Origin: Thermoplasmata archaeon
GTDB lineage: Archaea > Thermoplasmatota > Thermoplasmata > GCA-020350865
NCBI GenBank assembly: GCA_020348445.1
Contig: CP070751.1
Coordinates: 3,206,621-3,270,620 of the forward strand
Length of the DNA stretch: 64,000 nt
Direction of reading: 5' to 3'
Below the pieces are notes generated by a model. The model had not been told where the DNA came from. It was given only the letters and a program-made list of their open reading frames with translations, and did no database searches. Made by a program: the position numbers and the translations under genes. Position 1 is the stretch's first letter, and each line of letters begins with the position of its first letter. Shown piece after piece: positions 9,634-18,435 of this stretch.

Positions 9634-11016
9634 ATGACACTGATTCTCAAAGCTACTTTAAAGGACGGGATTGATTCCTGGCTCATTAAGATCAATACAA
9701 AAGTGGCTCAGGAAAACAATATCAAAAGAAACGACATATGCGAGGTTTTTAACAGGGACAGAGGCAGCTCCCGGCATCTTAGGGTGAGGGTGGACGGTAG
9801 AATAAAATCAAACTTTGCCATAATCAACAGGGAGACTGCTCAATTGGAGGGTGCTGCAAACAACGACCAACTGGAGATTTCAAAGGAAGAACCAGTTGAG
9901 GCCAAGGAACTGCTTGTGAGGGTGGAGATGGAGGGTGTGGAGCGCGAGGAGCAGATCAGGATCATGAGCGAGATAAATCAGAATCAGGGCGAGATTATAC
10001 ATAAATTCTTTAGAAAAAAGAAACCGGTTTTCAACCAGGGCCTTAAGATTTTTTGGAAAGAAAAGGACTTGAACCTTAAAATATTGAATGTGGACCCCTT
10101 TCCCTACGCTGCCTATGTTCCAGGTACGAAGGTCAGGGTAGCATTGACCTCACCCTTTAATGGTATTCTCATGGTGGATACGTCCGGTTCCATGTACAAA
10201 CAGCTCATTCCCAATGAACCAGGAACGCTTAGACTCTCAGATGATCCTATTCTAAACGAACTAATGGAGAATCCAAAATATTCTATGCTCAAAGACGTGA
10301 TAAATGCAATCGAGAATGATTCGCAGGTGCCGAGGCTGTACGGTGCCCTGGGTGCAGTTCTACTCTATTTCTCTGAGAAGGCTGAGAGGGAGCTTTCTGA
10401 AAAGGTGGGATTGATAAGCTACTCCAACAAGGCTAGGGTGGCAAGTTACAAATACAACAATGACAACAGGCTCTGGTTGCAGGTGGGAAAAGGCGGTATA
10501 ACCAACTCCGATCAATACAAAGAGATGTTGGTAAAAACGCTTTTTAACTGTATAGGTGAGAACACCAAAAAGGTCACACACGGATACAATGCGTTCGTTG
10601 AGGCTTGGAAATTGTACAAAATGATGTCCAAGGAAGGAAAGCCCCTTCCCACGATGATCGTGATATTATCTGATGGGGAGTTCAATGGAGACAAGGGTAG
10701 CTTCGCTAAATTGGAGGATGTTCAAAATGTCTCTGATAAGGTTATGGACCTCATCAACAAGGGATTTACTGGCGATAAAAGGGTCGTGATAAATGCGGTT
10801 TATATAGGCGATGACCAAAGTCCCAGGGGCCAGATAGCAATCGACACCTTGAAGAATATTACACAGGTAACCAATGGTGAATTGATCCAACCAAATCAAC
10901 TGGTGGAACTTGCTAAATTCTACGAAAACGCAGCTCGCTCATTGGTATATGACCTGGGTACCAAGGAAGAATTTGATGAAGAGGATGAAGAGGAAGAAGA
11001 GGAAGTTGGGGAATAA
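9634..11016 (+). CDS. vWA-domain protein with N-terminal Cdc48-N-like region and acidic tail
   Basis: MIDAS ILMVDTSGSM, IVILSDGE, INAVYIG. N-terminus resembles the double-psi barrel and Cdc48_2 subdomain (by eye). Ends EEFDEEDEEEEEEVGE. Confidence 0.75.
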   Translation: MTLILKATLKDGIDSWLIKINTKVAQENNIKRNDICEVFNRDRGSSRHLRVRVDGRIKSNFAIINRETAQLEGAANNDQLEISKEEPVEAKELLVRVEMEGVEREEQIRIMSEINQNQGEIIHKFFRKKKPVFNQGLKIFWKEKDLNLKILNVDPFPYAAYVPGTKVRVALTSPFNGILMVDTSGSMYKQLIPNEPGTLRLSDDPILNELMENPKYSMLKDVINAIENDSQVPRLYGALGAVLLYFSEKAERELSEKVGLISYSNKARVASYKYNNDNRLWLQVGKGGITNSDQYKEMLVKTLFNCIGENTKKVTHGYNAFVEAWKLYKMMSKEGKPLPTMIVILSDGEFNGDKGSFAKLEDVQNVSDKVMDLINKGFTGDKRVVINAVYIGDDQSPRGQIAIDTLKNITQVTNGELIQPNQLVELAKFYENAARSLVYDLGTKEEFDEEDEEEEEEVGE

Positions 11017-11064
11017 GAACTGCAGAGCATAGATTAGGGTCCAAGTTCTGAGTGGAAAATATAT

Positions 11065-11472
11065 TTACTCTGTTTCTGAGCCTGTTTCTATAACTGTCAT
11101 GAATCCACAGACATCACAGACTATGGCCTCATCCACTGTGAAGTCGCCCACCTTCTCTGCGGTGTCCTTGATCATAACGTCCCCGATATTCAAATTCTCA
11201 TACTCTTTCAGTGTCCCTTCTTTACAAAGGCTGCATTTTTTATCTGTATCTTTTCTGGGTTTTCCTGAGGTTCCCCTGAAGTATATGGATTTACAGGATT
11301 CGCACCGCCAGGGGTTGATCTTGTAGTGGATGTTGTAGATATGGGAGACCATATCTTGTGCCAGGTCCAAATCGATATTCGCAAAGTCTGTTAGGGGTAA
11401 TGTGCTCATGTCAAGCTCTTTCACACTTTCCTCGGCTCCGCACCTTATGCAATTGTAGGGCATTTTGACCAC
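11065..11472 (-). CDS. Zinc-ribbon protein, four CxxC pairs (paralog A)
   Basis: CIRC, CESC, CSLC, CDVC; clear similarity to the neighbouring gene. Confidence 0.8.
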   Translation of the reverse strand: MVKMPYNCIRCGAEESVKELDMSTLPLTDFANIDLDLAQDMVSHIYNIHYKINPWRCESCKSIYFRGTSGKPRKDTDKKCSLCKEGTLKEYENLNIGDVMIKDTAEKVGDFTVDEAIVCDVCGFMTVIETGSETE

Positions 11473-11582
11473 AGATATACATTAGGGCTTTTATATAAAT
11501 ATATTTTGCCCAGCATTAATACAAAAAATGGATAAAAAAAGGGCAAATCCATTATATATTTATTAAGTTGAAAAACCGGCTA

Positions 11583-11993
11583 TTAATCCTCGATTTCCTT
11601 ACCAGTTTCCAACACCCTCAAAAATCCGCATTTGTCGCAGACGAGGGCCTCGTCGATGGTCAGTTCGCCCACCCTCTCGAAGGTATCTCTGACAACAAGC
11701 TCCCCTATCGCCGCATTTTCAAATTCCGCGTACTTGCCTTTCTTGCAGAGCTTGCATTTGAATTTTGTTTTATTTCGCACATTATCTCCCCTTCCCCGGA
11801 GCAAAACGCTCTGGCATGCTTCGCATCGCCACGGAGGTAAAATATACAGCACATCCAGGGTATGTTTCGGGTCCTCTGTAAATATGTTGATATTGGCATA
11901 GTCGAGTTGGGAAAACGCCTCAGTGGAAAACTCCTTGACGCTCCCTTTTTTTCCGCATGTGGGACAATCGAAAGGCATTATTTCACCATTCAT
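11583..11993 (-). CDS. Zinc-ribbon protein, four CxxC pairs (paralog B)
   Basis: CPTC, CEAC, CKLC, CDKC. Confidence 0.8.
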   Translation of the reverse strand: MNGEIMPFDCPTCGKKGSVKEFSTEAFSQLDYANINIFTEDPKHTLDVLYILPPWRCEACQSVLLRGRGDNVRNKTKFKCKLCKKGKYAEFENAAIGELVVRDTFERVGELTIDEALVCDKCGFLRVLETGKEIED

Positions 11994-12061
11994 GTATCGA
12001 GGAGTATTTATTAAAAGTTTTTGAGTTGATTAAAAAGGTAAAAGGAGTGCGAGGATTGGGT

Positions 12062-12108
12062 GTGTCCGAGATTAAGATTGAAGTCGAATACTAACATAAC
12101 TCGTACAC
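12062..12108 (+). repeat. Conserved-loop hairpin, copy 1
   Basis: GTGTCCGAG / 29-nt loop ATTAAGA...ATAA / CTCGTACAC (8 of 9 pairs). Confidence 0.6.
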
Positions 12109-12190
12109 AAAGCCATTTTGCGTGTGTCCGAGATTAATAGATATTATTGGACCTAAACATTCCCGAATTTCATTATAACGAAGTTGAGGG

Positions 12191-12289
12191 TGCGAGGGCC
12201 TCGTGTTCAAGTTATGCTTATACTATGTTCGTATCTTAAGCTTGAACACAAAACCCACGCATCTTTGATTGTTGAATAATAATATACGA
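12191..12289 (-). repeat. 99-bp tRNA-Leu 3'-trailer element (contains hairpin copy 2 at 12203-12249)
   Basis: 24-nt loop, inverted tRNA end (TGCGTGGG), GTGTTCAAG/29-nt loop/CTTGAACAC, then direct copy CCCTCGCA 99 bp from the tRNA end. Confidence 0.75.
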
Positions 12290-12373
12290 TGCGAGGGTTG
12301 GGATTTGAACCCAAGAACCTCTATGGACAGGACCCTCAATCCTGCGCCGTTGACCAAGCTTAGCTACCCTCGC
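12290..12373 (-). tRNA. tRNA-Leu(GAG)
   Basis: Acceptor GCGAGGG/CCCTCGC-A, anticodon arm CAGGA-TTGAGGG-TCCTG, long variable arm, TTGGG-TTCAAAT-CCCAA; no intron, CCA not encoded. Confidence 0.96.
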
Positions 12374-12620
12374 ATTAAGGCGGATTACAGCTGATAGGAT
12401 AGCTAAGCTCGCTCCCGAAGACAAACCTATGGGTTGTTAAGGTGAAGGGTTGGATTCTCCAACCCTGGGCCGCAGGATATGTTTTTATTTCCGAGGGCTA
12501 AGATGGGGCCCTTGGCCGCATCTGGCGTAGCTACCCTCGCATTTGAGGTAGTGATTAACCCTAATGGATAAGGTTGTTTAAGTCAATTGCTGTTGGTTTT
12601 TGTATTGATTTCTGGGTGGG

Positions 12621-12668
12621 TGCCCTTAGGCTTAAGATATCAGCTCATAACTACATAACCTAAGGGCA
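12621..12668 (+). repeat. Conserved-loop hairpin, copy 3
   Basis: TGCCCTTAGG / 28-nt loop CTTAAGA...ATAA / CCTAAGGGCA (10-bp perfect stem). Confidence 0.7.
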
Positions 12669-12822
12669 AAGTGGACTATGAATTAGTCATATAGGAAATG
12701 GAATAGGCCACGATGGAGGGGGTAGTGGAAGGAGGGGAGTCTAGGGAGGAGTGGGCACTAGATGTTGTAAAGAAATCCAATACCACAAACTACAAATCGA
12801 TTTATCCCTATACGGGAAATTC

Positions 12823-13500
12823 ATGCCCGAGCAAGAAGAAAAGGAGCTGAAATTCGAGTTCATAAAGGCCTTCAGCTTACCTGATGCATGGTACCAGTGC
12901 CTAACCAGAATCTTTGAAAGCGGCCATGAATACACAATAGACAGGGGAAGCTATGAAGGTCAAAAACGCTTGGAATTTGATTACATAACAGTGCAGATCA
13001 CCCATCCATTTGTCAAGCCCCTGGTACCTGACATCCCAGAAGGACTTGGCGTTCCGCCTCCGTCCTCAATTGAGTATGTGGAGAAGTACCTGGAGAAGAT
13101 CATTACCTCTGTAAAAAGCCCTGAGGAGGATTATACATACGGAGAGGACCTGGAGAGGCAGATTCCCCATGTCATAGAGATGTATAAAAGAGATGGCTTT
13201 GGAACAAACCAGGCCTACATGGCCGTGGGAAATGCAGATTCCCTGCTTTTAAATGACCCACAATGCCTTAGGGGAGTGGACACCAGAATCAGGTACGGCA
13301 AGCTCAATTTCATGCTGTATTTCAGGTCCTGGGACCTGTGGGCGGGCTTTCCTTCTAATCTGGCCGCTCTTCAAATGGTAAAGGAGTACATGGCAAAGGA
13401 GGTAGGGGTTGAGGATGGGGAAATCATAGCCTCAAGCAAGGGCTTGCACCTCTACGACTACGCCTGGGATATGGCAAAAAAACGTCTTAGGAAAATCTAA
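12823..13500 (+). CDS. thyA: Thymidylate synthase (short archaeal-type ThyA)
   Basis: DPQCLR catalytic Cys, YFRSWDL, FPSNL, GLHLY motifs; start revised to ATG 12823. Confidence 0.85.
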   Translation: MPEQEEKELKFEFIKAFSLPDAWYQCLTRIFESGHEYTIDRGSYEGQKRLEFDYITVQITHPFVKPLVPDIPEGLGVPPPSSIEYVEKYLEKIITSVKSPEEDYTYGEDLERQIPHVIEMYKRDGFGTNQAYMAVGNADSLLLNDPQCLRGVDTRIRYGKLNFMLYFRSWDLWAGFPSNLAALQMVKEYMAKEVGVEDGEIIASSKGLHLYDYAWDMAKKRLRKI

Positions 13501-13518
13501 AATCCATTGAAAAAAGAT

Positions 13519-13555
13519 ACCTACTTGAAAACCGGATGCTGATTTCCAAGTAGGT
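13519..13555 (+). terminator. Inverted repeat after thyA, possible terminator
   Basis: ACCTACTTG...CAAGTAGGT 9-bp perfect stem 18 nt after the stop. Confidence 0.4.
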
Positions 13556-13894
13556 GCGGATTTTGCCCACGCCGCTCCTAAGTTCCTTTTATAACAAATA
13601 TGTGGGGTTGGGTACTCAGAAGTGCGATATTTGAGATTAATACTGTATCTACTACTTAACGGTTTTAGAACAATTTTTGAACATTATTAGGGATACTATC
13701 CCAAATTGTACAAGATTGTTAATGCAAGAATTAAGATTTTTTTTATCTCGGCACTTTTACAATTTCTTTTAAAAAGCCAGGCATGACTTTTTGGCTTCTA
13801 CTTTCATTTTCCTCTGCCTTTCATCTTTAATAATAATCCCCCCTATAGTAACCTTTGCCTACATAGAAGAAAAACGGTAGGAGGTGTAAAACGC

Positions 13895-14011
13895 ATGTTT
13901 ATTGTGCCCAAAAATAGAGGTTATGTCCTTCTGACATCTTTCCAGGCCTTAAGACATCTGGCCATGGAAACTGTTGAGGAGTACTACAATGGCTGGAAGC
14001 TGATTGAATAA
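13895..14011 (+). CDS. Small 38-aa protein
   Basis: GGAGGTG RBS 8 nt before ATG; MFIVPKNRGYVLLTSFQALRHLAMETVEEYYNGWKLIE*. Confidence 0.45.
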   Translation: MFIVPKNRGYVLLTSFQALRHLAMETVEEYYNGWKLIE

Positions 14012-14096
14012 TGATTTTAATTGGAATCATCTAGACTTATTTTCCGTAATATAATCTCATTATATTAGCTGAAAACACGGTTAAAACAAATTCCCC

Positions 14097-14855
14097 TCAA
14101 CTTGCTTTAAGGTCCTCTTCAAAAAAGCTCTCGTCCACAATGAGCACATTCTTTGGTGCGTGTGCGCCATCGATGAATCCGAACCAGTAGACCACGATAC
14201 CCTGCCCAAATATTTCTGTATATGCCTTAAGCTGTCTTTTGGTATTTCTTCGAATTTCAGTCTCGTCACCGAAGCTGGCTTTTGACTCGATCCATTTTAT
14301 GCTCATTCCATTTGTCTGAAGGGGTTTGGAAAGGAGTGCATCAGGAGTTTTTGAATACTGGCCCTTTAACTCGTTTTCAGTTTTATATTTCAAGTTCTGT
14401 TTGTCCAGCCACTCACAAAGCCTCCGCTCCCCCATTTTACCTCTTTTATACTGCATCTCGTTTCCCTCGGGGGAGTACACTATGTCTTTTTCAACAATCT
14501 CTGATATCTCCTTTCGCATACGGTTATCCTTGATATTTTCGGGATTTTTAACTAAATCCCAGAATCGTTTTCTTGTGATGTTGTTTTCCAAAAGGATCAG
14601 ATATGCCGTTAAAATAGGGGGAAATTTTAATTCCCGGGAAAGAGAAAGAAATGATCTACCCTCATTCCATTTTTTAAGGAGGCTCTTGGCACGATGTTTC
14701 ACCTTATAAAAGCGTCTTGTAGCCAATCTTACGGTCTTCTGGGTGTAGAGCACCAAAACCAATTCCCGATCCAGGCCGGTGTTCTTTGCTACTCGATCAA
14801 TATCACCCAGGTTATTGAGTTCATCGTACAATCGTTTGTATTCACTTTTTTTCAT
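14097..14855 (-). CDS. C15orf41/CDIN1-family (TPD domain) PD-(D/E)xK nuclease
   Basis: KTPDALL...WIESKASFG...VVYWFGF motifs. Confidence 0.85.
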   Translation of the reverse strand: MKKSEYKRLYDELNNLGDIDRVAKNTGLDRELVLVLYTQKTVRLATRRFYKVKHRAKSLLKKWNEGRSFLSLSRELKFPPILTAYLILLENNITRKRFWDLVKNPENIKDNRMRKEISEIVEKDIVYSPEGNEMQYKRGKMGERRLCEWLDKQNLKYKTENELKGQYSKTPDALLSKPLQTNGMSIKWIESKASFGDETEIRRNTKRQLKAYTEIFGQGIVVYWFGFIDGAHAPKNVLIVDESFFEEDLKAS

Positions 14856-15034
14856 CGAAACACTTTCCAAATAAAAAGTGCATTTGCCTATTTTCTGGTC
14901 GTAGATTTAGATATGAGCTTAACGTATAAGAATATTTCTGGTTATTTATCTTTCTAATCCTTTCACTCACCCCCCTCCCGCAAATATATAAGCAGACACA
15001 GCATTGGGGTTGTGAGACAATTCCTATATAGAAA

Positions 15035-16372
15035 ATGGAGGAATCTGAAATGAAAGAAAATGAAGATATTGCACCCCATGTTGAGGATATCGCAAGGGTG
15101 CTAGGTGACAAAGTTGATAAAGAAGAAATAGACAGGGAGTTGAAGCAGTACTTGAAAGAATACAGGATACCTCTTTCCACTGCAAAGCAGATGCTTGTAA
15201 AGAAGTACGGTGGTGCACCATCGAATCTGGGTCTTGGTGTATTCAAAACCGTAGAGCAGCTTACACCCAACGAGCCCAGCGTGGATTTGCTTTGTAGATT
15301 AATCTCAGTGAACCACAAAGATGTGGAAGTGGGCGGAGAGAAGAAACCCATAGTATATGGTATCCTTGGAGATCAAACAGCCAGTGTTCCGTTTACAGCG
15401 TGGGAGGTAGGTGATTGGCAGTTTCAGAAGGGGGATGTGGTTCGTGTCCGCAACGCCTACACAAAGGAATGGAAGGGGCAGCCACAACTTAATTTCGGCG
15501 AGAGAACGAATATAGAACGGGAATCAAAGGATGCACTGCCGAACTTCGCACCCACACCGATCTCGGATCCAAAGAAATATGAGGTCAAGGACCTTAAGGG
15601 GGGAATGAGCAACATATCCCTTGTTGCTAGGGTGCTTTTTGTTGAAAAGCGTAATGTGAATGTTGGTGGAGAGGAAAAAGCCGTTTTCTCGGGAATAATG
15701 GCAGATAAGAGCGGTAAGGTACAGTTCTCGGCATGGCACGACTTCGGGCTTTCAGAAGGTGATGTGATCAAAGTGGAAGGCGGCTATGTGAAAAACTGGC
15801 GGGGAATTCCCCAGTTCGGCTTCGATGAGAGAGTAAAATTTGAGGTTTTGGATACAGATAAGATGCCCCCACTAGACGAACTTGCAGAAAGACACGTCTA
15901 TCAGATAGGAGAACTCATCGATAGGGGCGGAGCAATCGATGTAGTCGTTGAGGGTGTTATAATTGACATCAAGAGTGGAAGCGGATTGATATTCAGGTGC
16001 CCGGAGTGCAAGCGAGTGCTCCAAAAAGGCGTTTGCAGAATCCACGGTGAGGTTGAGGGTAAAGCCGATTTAAGGATCAAGGCTGTGCTGGATGATGGAA
16101 CCGGCGCGTTAACTGCTGTATTGGGTAGAGACATAACTGAAAAGCTCATTGGAAAAGATGTAAAGGAATGCAGGGAAATCGCCAAGAAGGCCATGGATCA
16201 GAGTGTGATTGCGGATGATCTCAAGGACCTTCTTATCGCAACGCCCATCAGAATCTCGGGTGATGCGTCCTTCGATGATTTTGGCATCATGTTGATAGCA
16301 AAAGATGCACAAATGATGAGTATCGACGTGCAAAAAGAAGCAAAAACCATGCTCGATGAGCTGGAGGTGTGA
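15035..16372 (+). CDS. rpa: Replication protein A (multiple OB folds plus Zn finger)
   Basis: Repeated OB motifs (GILGDQTASVPFTAW, GIMADKSGKVQFSAW, LDDGTG) and CPEC..CRIH. Confidence 0.9.
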   Translation: MEESEMKENEDIAPHVEDIARVLGDKVDKEEIDRELKQYLKEYRIPLSTAKQMLVKKYGGAPSNLGLGVFKTVEQLTPNEPSVDLLCRLISVNHKDVEVGGEKKPIVYGILGDQTASVPFTAWEVGDWQFQKGDVVRVRNAYTKEWKGQPQLNFGERTNIERESKDALPNFAPTPISDPKKYEVKDLKGGMSNISLVARVLFVEKRNVNVGGEEKAVFSGIMADKSGKVQFSAWHDFGLSEGDVIKVEGGYVKNWRGIPQFGFDERVKFEVLDTDKMPPLDELAERHVYQIGELIDRGGAIDVVVEGVIIDIKSGSGLIFRCPECKRVLQKGVCRIHGEVEGKADLRIKAVLDDGTGALTAVLGRDITEKLIGKDVKECREIAKKAMDQSVIADDLKDLLIATPIRISGDASFDDFGIMLIAKDAQMMSIDVQKEAKTMLDELEV

Positions 16373-17256
16373 TCATGATCGCAAGAGAGGTGGCATGGCG
16401 TATTTTTGCAGGCGAATACAATTCATCCATCCATGTGGAATCAGGGGTGGGGGAAAGGGCACCCAGCTACGTTGTCACGCCCTTGGGAGCAAAGGTAAAT
16501 CGGCTGTTTGTTGTGGGTGTGGTAACGGATGTCGAGAATATCGGTACTGATACTGAACCCATGTGGAGGGCAAGACTCGCTGATCCCACAGGAGTATTCT
16601 TTCTCTCCGCCGGTCAATACCAACCAGAGGCTGCACAGATACTGTCCAAACTCAAACCTCCTAAGTTCGTTGCAGTTATAGGGAAAAGCCGTACCTATTC
16701 TCCAGAGGAGGGAGTGATATACGTTTCCATAAGGCCTGAAACCATCAAAGAGGTCAATTCAGAACTTAGGGATTTTTGGGTGTTGAACTCGTGCAGGAGC
16801 CTCAAGAAGAGGCTGGAAATCGTAAGCGAAGCAATGAAGATGGAAAAGCCAAGCATCGAGAACATAATCTCCCTTGGTGCGGACAGAAACCTTGCCGAGG
16901 GCATTATGTCAGCAATCGAGCACTACGATTACATCGACATCGCTAGGTTCAGCAGCATGCTCCAAGACGGTCTAAAACACCTTCTACCCGAGCATCAAGA
17001 AATCGACGGGGGAGAAGGAGTAGAAGCAGAAGAGCGGCAAAACAAGGAGTCCGAAGACAACATCGAGAACGAGGAGAAATTCCTTGAGATCATAGAAGAA
17101 TTGGACAAAGATGTTAAGGGCGCCGCCTGGGAGGAAATCATGGAAATGGCCCAAAAAAAGGGATTGAGTAGGATACAGATCGAGGAAACCACAAATTCCC
17201 TATTGGACAAGGGCCTGATATACGAACCTGTGCTTGGTAGGATTAAAAAGATATAG
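16369..17256 (+). CDS. RPA-associated/RPA2-like OB-fold protein with C-terminal winged helix
   Basis: REVAWRIFAGE, RLFVVGV, ADPTG; C-terminal LLDKGLIYEP; overlaps rpa. Confidence 0.85.
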   Translation: MIMIAREVAWRIFAGEYNSSIHVESGVGERAPSYVVTPLGAKVNRLFVVGVVTDVENIGTDTEPMWRARLADPTGVFFLSAGQYQPEAAQILSKLKPPKFVAVIGKSRTYSPEEGVIYVSIRPETIKEVNSELRDFWVLNSCRSLKKRLEIVSEAMKMEKPSIENIISLGADRNLAEGIMSAIEHYDYIDIARFSSMLQDGLKHLLPEHQEIDGGEGVEAEERQNKESEDNIENEEKFLEIIEELDKDVKGAAWEEIMEMAQKKGLSRIQIEETTNSLLDKGLIYEPVLGRIKKI

Positions 17257-17270
17257 TTAATAGAATAACA

Positions 17271-18194
17271 TTATGTCCGTGCAGCCCACTCCTTTAGAGG
17301 GAAGGTTTCACCGCAGCTTTTGCATTCTACACCATCAGTGAGTTCTTTTTCGCATGCATCGCATTTTTCCTTTCCGTATAAGGCCATGCTTCCACAGTGA
17401 GTACAAGGCAGAACATAGGCCTCTGAAGTGACACACCAACCAAAGTTCTGGATGTTATTGCATGATGGGCATGATTTCTTCTCTACTTTCAATTTGGTGC
17501 CGCATTCAGGGCACATGTTTCTTACCTTTGCCACTTTTTTCTTCAAGACCTTTGACTTATCGAAAATGAATTTCGTTGCAGGAGATTCTGGCAAATCTTC
17601 AACGGTCCAGTTCAGACTTCTGTCCGGAAGCCAAAGAATATAGACCAAAAGGAAGGCAATTATTGGTTCAAGTACCATATAAAATTGAATTTCTCCCCCA
17701 CCCGAATCCACCCAAAGAGACCAGCTGATAATTGATAAAACTGAAAAGGCCATGAAAAACATCACGCTGATACTCCAGAACCCAAGGGGTAGATATTCCT
17801 CTTTTTGAGCAACTGTATCTCGCGTCTTTTTTACGCTCTGGACGATGTGAAACGCCATATAAAACGCAGCTATTATGAAGAAGATACCAATCAAGATGGG
17901 AAGGGATATTCCAAAGACGTTTAGGTAGTCATACCAAAAAAAAAGGAGTATAACACCGAAAGCCGAGATACCATAACAGGCATATAATAGAAAACTGTAG
18001 GGCCAGGTATTTGGAAATGCGAAATATATGCAAAGAAGGGCACCGCCACCCAATGCAGCCCACAAAACAGCAGAAATAAGACCGGGCTGTAAACCAAAAT
18101 AAAGGGATAAAAGCACGCATACAAAGGTTGCTATAACCAGTTGATCTTCGGTTTTATCCAGGGAAAGAAATCCAGCTCCCTCAAACTTTACCAT
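17271..18194 (-). CDS. Multi-pass membrane protein with C-terminal multi-zinc-ribbon
   Basis: About 6 hydrophobic segments, then CPEC, CPSC, CTHC, CDAC, CKSC; probable start MVKFEG. Confidence 0.75.
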   Translation of the reverse strand: MVKFEGAGFLSLDKTEDQLVIATFVCVLLSLYFGLQPGLISAVLWAALGGGALLCIYFAFPNTWPYSFLLYACYGISAFGVILLFFWYDYLNVFGISLPILIGIFFIIAAFYMAFHIVQSVKKTRDTVAQKEEYLPLGFWSISVMFFMAFSVLSIISWSLWVDSGGGEIQFYMVLEPIIAFLLVYILWLPDRSLNWTVEDLPESPATKFIFDKSKVLKKKVAKVRNMCPECGTKLKVEKKSCPSCNNIQNFGWCVTSEAYVLPCTHCGSMALYGKEKCDACEKELTDGVECKSCGETFPLKEWAART

Positions 18195-18435
18195 TAATAT
18201 CGGCGAGTATACCGATAAGATTGTATTAATGAATTTCGGTGAAGGCACTTTTTACAAAAAAACTGGTGCCACTCAGATCGCCCATCACTCATCATCTTTC
18301 AGATCGGCGTTCTTCTTCATCGTGGCATAATACGTATGACTTAGAAGGAGATAGATTTTACTATGATGTAAAATGCATATAATCTCTGATTTTAAAACAT
18401 TGGGAGCAACCGAAAATATGGAGATGTTAAGAATG

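Noticed and set aside
12060-12137. Possible mini-CRISPR (two 16-bp repeats, 46-nt spacer)
   Set aside because: Only two short repeats, no cas genes, and better explained as part of the hairpin family.
12712-12752. G-rich purine tract upstream of thyA (possible G-quadruplex)
   Set aside because: The G-runs are irregular with only three runs of three or more; there is no supporting evidence.
6281-13964. 19/20-nt match GGCCTTAAGACAT(T/C)TGGCCA between NOG1 (6281) and the 38-aa ORF (13945), both encoding ALRHLA
   Set aside because: A single short match is plausible by chance in 64 kb, and there is no flanking similarity.
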